From: Craspedostauros australis
Lineage: Eukaryota
Assembly (NCBI GenBank): GCA_030167865.1
Contig: JALAGF010000714.1
Span: forward strand, 1 to 64,000
DNA: 64,000 nucleotides
Direction of reading: 5' to 3'
Shown: positions 11,449 to 22,961 of the stretch, in pieces
How the letters are laid out: every line of letters starts with the position of its first letter
How positions within the stretch are numbered: the first letter of the stretch is position 1
Position numbers and translations under genes: made by a program
Notes under the pieces: model-generated
The model's database searches: none
What the model saw: the letters and a program-made list of their open reading frames with translations, nothing else
Told to the model about the DNA's origin: nothing

Positions 11449-13704
11449 ATGAAGCAATCGAAGAAAGAGCTTCAGCAACAGACCCGAAGCGAGGACAAGA
11501 CATCACTCGAAGGAGGCGCGAGCGTGAGCGTCAACGAGACCGGAGTAGCGAACAATTCGACAAAAACGCGATCACCGACTCTGCCATCATCATCATTGTC
11601 GTCCTTGTCGTCATCGTCAAGATCAGTGAGGAACGCGGAACGCCGCCGCACAGCAACATGCCGCTTCGCTGACCGCGTTGCAGCCGCATCTATCCAGGAA
11701 TACAGACGGCTCGTGCCGAAGGAGTACCAAGGTCACACATGCATGGCTGCCATCGTGGCCCATTTCGCTGCCACGGAACATGGTTGTGATGAAACAAGAA
11801 ACCAAACAAGCACGATAAGAACGGCGACATCAGATCCAACGCTTGTATCAGCAGCAACAACGCCAGCAACAAAGACAGCAAGCACTGATGGTCGACTCCT
11901 GGTCCTTGCAATGGGTGTGGGAACCAAGTTTCTCCCAAAGACATTACTCTACGCAGAGTCCAAGTCATCAGACTACGGTCGCTTGGTGCGAGATTCTCAC
12001 GCAGAAGTGCTTGCAAGACGCGCCTTCCGTCGGCAGCTATCATTAGAGATCTTGTCAGGTGGAGGCGATACCAATTCATCACCCCAGATAGACGACAGCG
12101 GCAGCATCTTACAACAGATCCACGCCCCACATCACTCTCAAACAGACCCAAACTCATCTCATGGCTCCAAATGGAAATTGCGAGATCATGTGACCCTGCA
12201 CATGTATACAAGTTCCGCACCGTGCGGCAATGCTACGCTCAAGAAGTTTGCCACCATGAAGAAGGAAAAGTTCAAACCTGAACTGGGATCTGATAAGTGG
12301 CCACTCAAAAGCCATGAGGTGGTGCAACCACACTCGCTACGTCTTGGGCAGTTTGCGCTTCTGGTGAAGAAGGACACTAGTGGCACGAGTGCGAGTGCCA
12401 CTGCGAGTGCCATCACGACTGCGCAGACTGCAACAACAACTCAAGACAAGATAACCAAGAAACGTGGATCCGATTGTCTCGTGATCAAACGCCACGATGG
12501 CGATGACAATGGCGACAAGGGTATGCAGAATGCAACCTCCAGCAAGAGCAGCGCAAACGCTGACATCGGCATCTGCTACACCACTTTTTCTGAGGGTGCC
12601 AAGGACAAAAACATCCAACACAATGCCAACAATCAGCGCAAGACACCTGGAAATGCAGATACAAATGCAAGTGCAGAGCATAGAGCACAACCAAGAGGAC
12701 ATGTCAACCGTTCCAAAGGTAAACCGTGGCCAGCCATGCAGTCTGATGATTGGTGTCCTCCCGGAACCTCAACCGTCCATCATGACAAAGGTGAAACTCA
12801 CACGTGCTCCGACAAGATCTGCCGATGGAACGTCCTCGGTCTGCAAGGATCCCTCCTCTCCACCGTCTTCGATTCTCCGCTCTACTTATCTACTATCACA
12901 GTCGGTAGGAAGTTCACAGAATGCATCTGCCGCCGTGCTGTCTGCTGCAGACTTGGCAAGGAGCCCAAGGCTGCTACCAAGACGCTGAAGGTCGCATCAT
13001 CAACATCCAAGAAGCAGGCACTGCATCAGCAAGGGACTGAAGCATGCGCACCGGCGAAGGCGAATCCGGCCGACTCGCCACATGCCCGCACACGCACCCC
13101 CACCGATTTGCCCAACGAGACAACATCAGATCACACACCCGCCTCTGTCAGGCCTACTCGCAAGTATCGTTACAACCATCCCGCCGTCATGGGAACCGCC
13201 GTGTACCTCGACGAGGGTACGGTTGAGACCAACGCCGATGCCATTGGTCAAGACGTGCGTTTCCATTCATCGCTCTGCTGGGCATGGTGGCCAAGCCTTG
13301 CCGTCGAAGACACAACGCAATCAATCGAATGCATCGACGGCGTGACGGGCTTGCGACACGTTCACACACAACGTAGCATCCTGTCGAACTCCAAGGATCA
13401 GACCCAGGAAGGTGGAACTATCAAGACTGCAACACTGGATGCCAAGAAGACCGACACAAGCCCAACACAACAAGACGAGATCTCACTGATCAGCACACAG
13501 CGTTTGTTCGATTTGAATACGAAGATGGCGGGCGTAACAGGCCACGCAGCCTCAGCCAACAAGGCCATGTCGTTGCATGACCTACGAGCACATAAGCTGT
13601 CGCATGCATCGGAGTACGAGAATGCCAAGACGGACTTGCTCGAACAGCACCGAGTATTCCGGACCTGGAGGCGGAGAGAGAACTACGCCACGAGTATTGG
13701 GTGA
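11449..13704 (+). CDS. ADAT1: Adenosine deaminase acting on RNA/tRNA (A_deamin domain, no dsRNA-binding domain; ADAT1/Tad1-like)
   Basis: GVGTK, DSHAEVLARRAF, YTSSAPCGNA and CSDKICRWNVLGLQGSLLS motifs; first ATG at 11449. Confidence 0.8.
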   Translation: MKQSKKELQQQTRSEDKTSLEGGASVSVNETGVANNSTKTRSPTLPSSSLSSLSSSSRSVRNAERRRTATCRFADRVAAASIQEYRRLVPKEYQGHTCMAAIVAHFAATEHGCDETRNQTSTIRTATSDPTLVSAATTPATKTASTDGRLLVLAMGVGTKFLPKTLLYAESKSSDYGRLVRDSHAEVLARRAFRRQLSLEILSGGGDTNSSPQIDDSGSILQQIHAPHHSQTDPNSSHGSKWKLRDHVTLHMYTSSAPCGNATLKKFATMKKEKFKPELGSDKWPLKSHEVVQPHSLRLGQFALLVKKDTSGTSASATASAITTAQTATTTQDKITKKRGSDCLVIKRHDGDDNGDKGMQNATSSKSSANADIGICYTTFSEGAKDKNIQHNANNQRKTPGNADTNASAEHRAQPRGHVNRSKGKPWPAMQSDDWCPPGTSTVHHDKGETHTCSDKICRWNVLGLQGSLLSTVFDSPLYLSTITVGRKFTECICRRAVCCRLGKEPKAATKTLKVASSTSKKQALHQQGTEACAPAKANPADSPHARTRTPTDLPNETTSDHTPASVRPTRKYRYNHPAVMGTAVYLDEGTVETNADAIGQDVRFHSSLCWAWWPSLAVEDTTQSIECIDGVTGLRHVHTQRSILSNSKDQTQEGGTIKTATLDAKKTDTSPTQQDEISLISTQRLFDLNTKMAGVTGHAASANKAMSLHDLRAHKLSHASEYENAKTDLLEQHRVFRTWRRRENYATSIG

Positions 13705-15385
13705 CAACAACAACACATCCAGCCGAAGAGGGTCGATACTGTCGCCCACTCCCACTCCCGTCCCAGCACAGCTGGAGTAAGGTAATCTGGTGGCGCTTCT
13801 CGCGTTCCTTCGCACCAGCATGGCACAAATCCGACCTTCCGGTTGCAGCCAACTGTACTCGTAACCAGCGCTGTTGTCTCACGACGACACCAGGAATATA
13901 TACAATGGCTCTCATAATGCGTAGTACTAGTAGGTAGATACCATACTTGTTCCGACTGGCCAACAGAGTGAAGCACTCACTCGGCACAATGCACGCAATG
14001 TAATGCATTTCACACAGTGTTGCAATGGGTAGGATGTGCACGTGCTCTCCCGTGGCTGCATTCTCGGATAGGAATAGCTTCATTCTCGGCTACATGCCCC
14101 AACACAATCTGCATCATCGAGGTCCCAATGTCGCGGTATCAGTACTCGTACCGACATCAAGTACGTCCTCTGCAAGTGCTCGCACAAGAACAAGAGACAC
14201 CTTTGGTTAGAATGTGATCCAACATCAGATCCTCCAAAGTCTACCCATCCACCGGGTCGTAACTTGATAGCACAACCAACTTGGCGCAACGTCATGACAC
14301 CCTTCAGCCCTTCCAGCATTCAATCATTGCACTTGCATTGCGGAGAATTATTCGTCCGGGTACTCTGTGTGTGTATTGGTTAATAGCCTTTTAGTCGTAA
14401 CATAGGAGTATAGAAGGAGGTGTGCGCGTTCTTGAACAGTCTTGCCTTGAAAGGTGACATGAAAGGTCGCCAGTAATCTCGAATTGATTGGTTTGTGGAT
14501 ATGCTATTCCAAAGCGCCGCTTGGTGGAGATGCACGAGCAGAGTAGCGCAAGCAAATGAAGCCCAAGTCCCCAATTCATTTGTTACACTTGCAGATGCAC
14601 ATGCACATCCCACCAGGCAAACCTACGATCGCAGGGTATGCGCGAAGAACAGCATCCATCGTGACCCTGTGCGACAACCCGGAAGGTTGAGAAAGTTGCA
14701 GGAGCCCGTCGAAGTAGAACAAGAAGTGAACCATACCGCATGGGAGGGTATAATCCAAGGAGTGTGGAGCAGCAGAACGATTGCAACAGAGAAGCAAAGG
14801 TGAGTTGGTTTACTTCATTGCATGGTGTTCAAGAGCCATATAGCTATGGATGTCATCGAACCCTGTCGCAGTGTTGTCGTCTTCTTCAGCATGTGGATGG
14901 TGTCGATAATTGAGTATCTCTACTCTGCCGATCTAACAAAATATTTTATTTGCCATCATCAGAAGGACTGCGCAGGTGACGCGTGCATTCATTTCAAACG
15001 ACTCTTCATCAATCTCTGGTGTCTTCCGCTTCAGCAAGCCCCGCATGCATTGAAAATGATAGAGCAGGAAGTGTGCTACTGTATCAAATCCCAGGAAGCG
15101 ACCTGAATCGCACCGTGGATATGCAGGTGTGGACCAGGGCGTTCAAGCAACCTCCCTGTGGCATGGCAATGGCATGTTACGGGGAGCGACACAATACAGC
15201 GCAACATTCCACAACAAAGTATTCATACCTTGATCGATTCACCATGCATATGCATGTAGTCATATTCGATTTCAGTTGGTCCTCCCAAACAGTCGGAACG
15301 GCTGATCATCCACTCTGTTTGATACTCTCAGAGCCTCGCCAGGCTCTGAATGGCATCGCACCGCAAGGGAGGCAGACGTTGGATT

Positions 15386-15688
15386 CTATTCGCTTGCTTT
15401 TGGGTTTGGGCAGTCCTTGGCAATGTGCCCCTCATTACCGCAGTTGTAGCATGCCTTGTTGTTGGCAGGCTTGGTGCAATCTGCGGAGATGTGGCCCATC
15501 TTGCCGCAGTTGAAGCATCGACGGAATCTTGCCCTGTCCTTGTTGACCTCGGCTCTGGCCTCGCCTTCAACACGCGGGTTGGGACAGGCTCTGGCGATGT
15601 GGCCGTGCTGCATGCAGTTGTAGCACAGCTTCTCCTTCTTCTTTCCTTGCGCAGGAGGTGCTTCTTGTTCTTGCTCATCGTCAGCCAT
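15386..15688 (-). CDS. Small CCHC zinc-knuckle nucleic-acid-binding protein (CNBP/Gis2-like, 100 aa)
   Basis: Three CX2CX4HX4C knuckles: CYNCMQHGHIARAC, CFNCGKMGHISADC and CYNCGNEGHIAKDC. Confidence 0.9.
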   Translation of the reverse strand: MADDEQEQEAPPAQGKKKEKLCYNCMQHGHIARACPNPRVEGEARAEVNKDRARFRRCFNCGKMGHISADCTKPANNKACYNCGNEGHIAKDCPNPKASE

Positions 15689-18167
15689 GATTGCGAGTTG
15701 GTCTTCGGCTGTTGTTGTTGCTGTTGTTGTCGTGTCAATTGTTGGACGATGTTGAGTGCAAGTATGGCAGAGAAGCGTTTGTGTTTGCGTATGAGTACAG
15801 GTTTGGGTGTCGATGGGTATCAGGTATGACAAGCAGTACTTGTTCGAGATGAACCAGGGAGGCGATATCACGAGCCGAAAGGTCTCAGTCTTGATTTAGG
15901 TACCTTGTGTGTTGTGGATTGTGCTGTGAATTGGGTTGGTGCTGTTGTCAGTGCAAGAGACGAAGTGGTCGTAGTCGTGATCCCGATCAGGATGGCGACA
16001 GTGATGATGGAGATGTTAATGTATGTGAATGGCAGTTGCAATGACAACGTCAGAGATGTGGGTGATGTGGGCGCAGAGATGACGAAGATGAGAGTGAAGG
16101 AGGTTGTTCGCGATGGACAGATTCGTTTGTGTTTGACACCAAAAGACGAACGCAAAGAATAGAAAAAGTATGTATGGCGCAGAGGGGGTGTCAGTGGGAG
16201 TGTCCCGAGTGGCGTCAGGGCAGCCCGTGCAGCTCGTAGCTGTCTCCTCCCTCGCTCGCGAAGCGCCTGGTGCGTTCCAACCCAGGCAGGGTGGCCCCGA
16301 ACCACTTTGTGGCAGGCGGACGGAAGCGCGCATGTCCCACCGCGGGCGGATTTATCAATCAGCACACTTCAGTACCACACCCGTGAGGATGACGTATCGG
16401 CGCATCATGATGCCCCATGCTGGTGTTCTGTTTGCACAACCGATTTTGTTCAGTATCATCCGCGGAGGAAGCTCAGCAATGGGAACCCACAGACAAGAGA
16501 GGAATGTGTTCGCCGAGGTGACAACAGAACCACTCCAGCTACGTGGCGCGGTGCAGCTCGTGTGCGTACCATTCTTTCGTCACCATCGTCGCCTCTCCTC
16601 TCAATACCGCTGCCGTTCTCCCCATGGCGGTTTGCTGCTGTTGCTGTTGTCATCGGCAACGCTCCGAACAGGCAGATCGGAGTCTTCTCCTCCACATCGC
16701 TGCGTCTCTGTCTGACGTTGCATCATGATACCATTCAACTCCAACTCCACTAGTAACATGTCATAGCATTGCAAGCCACTGCATGACATCGTCTTCCATT
16801 TCGTGTGATTGCGTGGTTGATGTTGACGTTGACGTTGACATTGACGTACATACCTGAGTGGGACAGTCGAAGAGTTATGTGATGGGAGATGATCACTCGG
16901 CTGTACGGTGGAGTCGCCTCCTGGTAACGGATGGAGAAAGGATGTGGCGCTGTGAGCACTCGTGTGAGTATGGCTTTGGTTGAAGCTACTTCCCTTGATC
17001 GATTGCTTCCTTCCTTCCTTGTCTGTCTGTCTGCCTTGACGAGCCAGGACAGTCGGCATCGGTGGCAGAGCTCAACTTGGACTCATGTGATGCCGCGCAG
17101 CAGGGCACTGTTGATCACCCACCCAACGACGATGTCGGCCTCATGGTCCCGGATCAAGTCCGAGGCGGCAACGCGAGGGCTGATAGGTCACGTAGTTGCA
17201 CGAGCTCCCGACCACAAGATGTCGTGTTGTTCGCAAAGCGCACGGGGATACAAACGGCGCCCAGACTGTTCGCCGCGATGTGCCTCACAAGCCTGCTCAC
17301 CACAGAAGAGGTGATGCCACAAACAGGACACAGCCCCTCGTCACGGTGTCGTCACCACTCAGGAACTCTTGGATGGGGGAGCAAGCATTGAGAAAGAGAG
17401 AGAATGAAGGGGTGTCATAGTGCCGTTCATGAAAGGGAGTATGTGGCACAACTTTCGTTTGTCTCGGGGGGATGATGTGGTCGTGGTTACCTTTCGTTCC
17501 TGAACTTTCGCTTGACATCACGTTTTGCGCCGTGTTTCACCAGATGAGGAAGCTGTCAACCAACGCGTCACGGCGGGCCGCCTCTTTGGATGACATCAAC
17601 ACGAGTGGCTGCCCGAAGTTGTTGTTGATGTCTTCGTTTCGCGGTCGTGGCCGTGGAGTGGCTCTGATTGGAGGAACCGACGCATGACGGACGAAGCCTC
17701 ATCTCTTCTGGACACAACGAAGACACGAAAGCGGCTGGATATTCTTCGAGCAGATGGTTGTGTCTGTATGTTTGTCTTCTGATTTGTTCATTGAGGTGTG
17801 CGATGATCGTCCCAATCCTAAAGATGTCTGTGCATCAATCATGAGATCAATCTTATTTATTTCCATTAGTCGCATGCACTTCTCCTCATCACAAACGGTT
17901 CACCCGAACCAACCAAAAAATTGCACAAACAACAACCACCAAAACAACACACATCAGACAAAACACATCGCAGAGCACACATCCACGCTTCATGTTTTCG
18001 TCGCAACAGATCGTACGTACCAGCGCAATGGAAACACGATCTTCATCACTCCGGAGCACACCAACACGGACACCAACACCTCGTCCCCCACAATCAGCAC
18101 ATCTCACAGATATAGCGGACAATCCGGCCTACTCCATCGAATTATTATTCATTGAAGTGTCTTGAAC

Positions 18168-20066
18168 ATGCCAGCGCAAAAGTACAAGTTATCGTCCGTC
18201 GACCCATCATCTGGTGAGGCCAAGGTCTGCGCATTCTTCCAAAGACCGGAGGGCTGCCGCAACGGCGACAACTGCAAGTTCCTGCACAGTGAGGTAGGCG
18301 CTGCGGGTGCCAGGGAGCAATCTTCCAACGCAGCGGGTGATACGGCGAGCGTGGTAAGTTCGGAGAGCGAGGAAGAGACGGAGGTGGTGCAAAAGCCTCA
18401 GCGCGCAGTCAAGCCAAAGGCCAAGGCCGAGAAGGCCACCCCCACGAAGAATAAGAAGGCAAAGGCGAAGAAGCCGAAGGTGGAACCAGTGAACACGAGC
18501 ATGGACGTGGATGATGGTGCTGCTGCTGCTGCTGGGAGTGCCGATGACAATAATGATGATTACAACCCATTCCTTTCGCCGAAGAGCAAGACTCCAACGG
18601 CCCGACTCCCCACCCCTGCCTCGAAGAAGAAGCGCAAGGCGAAGGAGGTTGAACATACCCCAGCTGCTTCCGACGCCGCTGCTGCTGCTGCTTCGAAGAG
18701 CCCTGCCCCACAAAGAGGTGCAACCCCAAAGTCCGGCAAAGAAACGCCCAAGAAGAAGAAGGCAAGGAAGGAAAAGCCGACCAACGCGAAACCTGCATCA
18801 CCTGCTCCGGTTGCAAAGTCACCCGACAGCAGCATTGCCACGGATTTCCGCAACTTCGCATCTGCCCTTCCCGTCGCCGCCTTCACCATCCCAGGAGTCA
18901 CCACTCCCGCTGTGCCAGTTGCCTCTGGCGCCAACGCGGTTTACAGCAAGGAATCCAAAACGGATAACGTGCCCCTCCCCAAGTCGACCGACGTCGGTCG
19001 CAAATGGCAGAAGACTGTTTTGAAAACTCGCGAGCATCCACGATATGCGGGCACCTTCGATTGGGATAAGTGCAAGAAGACCGATGAAGACCAGGGCGTC
19101 TGCAAGCCCAGCAGCTGGATCAAGGCCAAGCCGTTTGGCAAGTGGTGCGAGAACAACCCGCAGGCCATCGCCATCGATTGCGAGATGTGCGAAACGCAGG
19201 ATCCAGCCACGGGAAGCAAGAATCCGAAAGCCCTGTGCCGTCTCTCCATCGTCAACGCGGAGAAGCCGGGGGAAGTGCTTATCGACACCCTCGTCAAGCC
19301 CAAGTGGCCGGTGACTGATTATAGATCAAGGATCAACGGGATCAAGAAGGAGCATCTGGAGAATGTCGAGTTCACAATTGACCACGCGCAGGCATTCATG
19401 ATGGCGCTGTGCAGCGAGGAGACGGTCGTGCTGGGCCACGCCGTGCAGAACGATCTCGCGGCTCTCAAGATGGAGCACTACTGCAGCGCCGACTCCTCGT
19501 TCCTGTTCCAGGCCTCCGACAATCCGACCTCCAGCGTGAGCCTGAAGGACCTCGTGAAGACCCTCTTCAGCAAGGACATGCCCGAAACGCATGACAGCGT
19601 GAACGATGCCCGCAAGGCTTTGGAGTGCGTTGACTACTACAGAGCGCACGGTGGCAAGGTCCCCCTGATCGAGCGCACGCCGCGCAACCGAAGCCACCAG
19701 CTGCTGGTGCACAGAGTCCCGAAGCAACTCAAGAAGGAGCACTTCGTCACCTTGTTCCTGGCCCAAACCACCATCCAACCGACCGAGGTGGAGGACATCG
19801 AGTTCAACGGCGAGATCGGCAAGACCCACATCACCTTCAAATCGAGCAAGCACGCCACGTTGGCATTCGATACGTTGGACGGCAAACCCGAGGAGGACAA
19901 GACCAAACGACTTCAGAAGAAGATCTACCTGAAGGGCGGTGGTTATGTCCGTGTCCGCATGATGGTCGCCAAGAAGCCATCCGATCACACACATGGCGGC
20001 AGATCGAGCAGCGGTGGCAGCAATGGCAACACCAGCGACAAGCCGAAGGCCAAGACTGCAAGCTAA
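18168..20066 (+). CDS. CCCH zinc finger + DEDDh 3'-5' RNA exonuclease (REX1/SDN-like) + RRM-like C-terminal domain
   Basis: CAFFQRPEGCRNGDNCKFLH; AIDCEM, VTDYRSRINGI, VLGHAVQNDL, HDSVNDA; C-terminal LLVHRVP...THITFKSSKHATLAF. Confidence 0.88.
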   Translation: MPAQKYKLSSVDPSSGEAKVCAFFQRPEGCRNGDNCKFLHSEVGAAGAREQSSNAAGDTASVVSSESEEETEVVQKPQRAVKPKAKAEKATPTKNKKAKAKKPKVEPVNTSMDVDDGAAAAAGSADDNNDDYNPFLSPKSKTPTARLPTPASKKKRKAKEVEHTPAASDAAAAAASKSPAPQRGATPKSGKETPKKKKARKEKPTNAKPASPAPVAKSPDSSIATDFRNFASALPVAAFTIPGVTTPAVPVASGANAVYSKESKTDNVPLPKSTDVGRKWQKTVLKTREHPRYAGTFDWDKCKKTDEDQGVCKPSSWIKAKPFGKWCENNPQAIAIDCEMCETQDPATGSKNPKALCRLSIVNAEKPGEVLIDTLVKPKWPVTDYRSRINGIKKEHLENVEFTIDHAQAFMMALCSEETVVLGHAVQNDLAALKMEHYCSADSSFLFQASDNPTSSVSLKDLVKTLFSKDMPETHDSVNDARKALECVDYYRAHGGKVPLIERTPRNRSHQLLVHRVPKQLKKEHFVTLFLAQTTIQPTEVEDIEFNGEIGKTHITFKSSKHATLAFDTLDGKPEEDKTKRLQKKIYLKGGGYVRVRMMVAKKPSDHTHGGRSSSGGSNGNTSDKPKAKTAS

Positions 20067-20801
20067 GCGACGATTGGTTCGGGAACCGATCGTTGCCATG
20101 TTTCCATGTCCAGTAGAGCGGAGCAGATTGCACGCTGGCAAGTGTACCAGTAGGCATACATCTGTATTCGTACAGTATTTGTGTGTGGGCTTCATCACAT
20201 TCAATACCAGATTGCCAGCAAGCAGCCAAGAGTAAAAAACACAATAGGAATTCAGTCTCCTCCCCCAACATCTAATGTGTGTACTCGTACCGAGCTTGAT
20301 GCAATTGCGCAGATAGATTGGATTGGGAAGAGGTGAAGTGAAGGACATCCAAAGTGTAGTAGTACGATAGCTCACATACGATTGCCATGTTGTCTCTGTG
20401 TCTAGAGAGAGACAGATCACAGGTTGCTGCGATGCTTATCAAGCTATGTGCTCTGCACAGTGCGACTAAGTGCTTACTCCACCACGCTCAGCCTCAAGCA
20501 AGGCACTCTCTGGGTAGAGATCACGAGCCAAGTACGGTATTCTGAAACCATGAAATATCTCTAGTTTCGTGCGTCGTAGCCTGTTATGCAGAAACGAACT
20601 GTTGTGCACCAGAACCCAATCAACACAGGAGAAGCTTCGCACCATGGCCAAGCAGATGGACGGACGATCCACGATCATGGCGACCCAACCAAGTCAGCAA
20701 ACAAGCTAACAAGCAAGCAACGACCATCCACTCACCTTTTCACAAGCACCGATCATCTAACCAACTATTCTACAAGAAAGACAAGAACGAAGGACAAGAC
20801 G

Positions 20802-21209
20802 ATGGAACCAGCGCACGTGGACCCCAGCGAGCTGCCAGCAGGCTTCACCGCGGCCGGCAACGACGACGCAGCCGGATCGGCCGAACAGATGAAGAAGCAG
20901 GCCGTGCAGGAGCAGAAGCAGACGGTCCTCGAGCAGGCCTGCACGCAGGAGGCGCTGGCACGGCTGGGACGCATCCGTCTCGTCAAGCCCGACAAAGCCG
21001 CCAAGGTCGAGAACTCCATCGTGTCCATGGCCATGCAGGGCAAGCTGCCGGGCAAGATCAACGAGGGGAAGCTCATCGAGATCTTGGAACGCGGCAGCAT
21101 GCGGGAGGCCGCGAAGGCGGGGGCGCCCAAGGGCATCAACATCCAGCGGAAGCGATACGCGTTGGATTCGGATGACGAGGATGATGATGATGATGAGGAT
21201 TTGCTGTAG
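20802..21209 (+). CDS. PDCD5: Programmed cell death protein 5 / dsDNA-binding domain protein
   Basis: EALARLGRIRLVKPDKAAKVENSIVSMAMQGKLPGKINEGKLIEIL, INIQRKR and an acidic tail. Confidence 0.93.
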   Translation: MEPAHVDPSELPAGFTAAGNDDAAGSAEQMKKQAVQEQKQTVLEQACTQEALARLGRIRLVKPDKAAKVENSIVSMAMQGKLPGKINEGKLIEILERGSMREAAKAGAPKGINIQRKRYALDSDDEDDDDDEDLL

Positions 21210-21397
21210 AGCAAGCAGAGTGATGCTGGAGGAGGCGTGTTCTTCGCGCATGTCCATCCCTGCCGCGAGACGTCTTCCATGTCTTCATGATGATGTTGGC
21301 GGTGCAAGGTGCGCAAGGCGTACAATGTCTGGAATGTGTGGAATGTGTGGAAGGAATGAAAGCAGACGCAATCGTGCTGACGCAGTTCCCACCTGAA

Positions 21398-21407
21398 CAA
21401 CAGCAGC

Positions 21408-21451
<44 letters not shown>
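21398..21451 (+). repeat. (CAA)n microsatellite, about 18 triplets including two CAG
   Basis: Direct reading: caacagcag followed by an uninterrupted caa run downstream of PDCD5. Confidence 0.95.
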
Positions 21452-22283
21452 CGCGTGATGTCGTTACCATGCCCGAGAGGAACCAAGTCGACGACCCTTC
21501 CTTGTCTTCGTCATGATGCGGCACTGCTATTTGTGGCAGATATTCTAGCCCATGCAACATTCCTTCCTACGTATGTTCTGGATCAACCTTGGCATCGATC
21601 CCCGGCCAGCATGAGACAAGGATCATTCTCGTCTTCGACGGCAACAGGCTTGGAAAGTACTCCAAGTGGATTACAGCACCAAACATGACACAAGTTGGCA
21701 ACGATGGAGATGGTGGAGCATCCGCACTCGTTTGTTGGAGCTTCTCTCTCTCTCGCGCACGCGCGCAAGGCGAGAGAAGAATGGCAGTGCCAATGCACAT
21801 GCGACTAATACTATCCATACAAAGAGAGTACCGTGATGTTGACATTGACGCGTAGTTGAAGAGTGCATGATGCAAATGTGACCCACCATACGCACGACGA
21901 CTCTCCAGAGAGGCTTCTCGGTCGCCTCTTGGTGGCGATGCGTGATTTCACAAGTATTATGGGAGTTTGGAGTATGTGTGCTCTACGTATGGTACTATCC
22001 TTTCAGACGACGTAGCGTCGTTTTCTTAATGCCTTGGCTTATTGGTACATAATCCATGTGCGCATCGTCGCTCGTAGCTGCAACGCAATCTCCGCGCATT
22101 GTACATAATGCGCATTGTCCACACGTTGATCGATCGGCAATCGCAGCAAGCAACGCAACTTGTAGCTTTGGCTGCGTGCACTTGCGCTCATGCTTATCCT
22201 TTTTTCCAACGGACTCGAGATACAAAGGGATCTCCACATCCATCCATACCCGCTTGTACCTACGTCGGTTGTCTCAGTTTCCC

Positions 22284-22961
22284 TCACGCCTCGACGGCTT
22301 CGACGCTCAATTTGCCGACCGTCACCTCGTCGTAGATCTCCACGGTCGCAGCGCCGAAGGGGTCGGCCTTCATGGTCTCCATCTCGCGGATCTTCACTTC
22401 GCCGCCTTGCAGAATCACGCCAACCTCCTTCTCTCGCTGATGATTCATCTGCACGTAGAGCTGGAAGGGAAGGATGGAGTCACCGGCCTCCTCGCTGTCG
22501 CCATCTTCCCCGTCTTCGTTCGACGACGGCGTCGCCAACGCGATGGCATCAAACTCCATCTGCAGCAAGAGGAACGGATACAGCGGCTCCGCAAACAACC
22601 CCCAGACCCACAATCCATCCTTGCGATCCGTCGGATCTTCCGATAATATCCAGCGGCTGCTCTTGAGGTCGAGACGATCGTTGTCGTTCTTGATCTGCTG
22701 CAGCGCGCCTTGCGGTGGTTCGTAGCCCACCTCCTCGACGAAGTGCGCGTCCATCGTGAAGATCTCATCGACCTTCTTGCCGTTGGCCGTTGGAAGACCC
22801 TCCAGCAGAAAGCGCAGCTTCCACGTCGTGTCTTGCGTCAACGTCGTCTTGGCGGCCGCGAGGCTCGTAGGTCGCACAGTTGGCGTGATGCCGACGAATG
22901 CCGCGACGCCGCAGAGATGGGCCAGGAGCAGGCAGAAACGCTGCAAGAAGAAGCCGGTCAT
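22284..22961 (-). CDS. Putative plastid-targeted protein of unknown function (225 aa)
   Basis: Signal peptide ending VAA-FVG followed by a Thr/Ser/Arg transit-like stretch; globular core with WILSEDPTDRKDGLWVWGLFAEPLYPF; strong GC3 codon bias. Confidence 0.8.
   Translation of the reverse strand: MTGFFLQRFCLLLAHLCGVAAFVGITPTVRPTSLAAAKTTLTQDTTWKLRFLLEGLPTANGKKVDEIFTMDAHFVEEVGYEPPQGALQQIKNDNDRLDLKSSRWILSEDPTDRKDGLWVWGLFAEPLYPFLLLQMEFDAIALATPSSNEDGEDGDSEEAGDSILPFQLYVQMNHQREKEVGVILQGGEVKIREMETMKADPFGAATVEIYDEVTVGKLSVEAVEA

Noticed and set aside
13900-15350. Possible transposon or gene relic
   Set aside because: Only short broken ORFs; no terminal repeats, target duplications, or RT/integrase/transposase motifs found.
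21287-21688. Poly-Gln ORF after PDCD5
   Set aside because: Explained by the (CAA)n microsatellite; the rest has no protein-like features.
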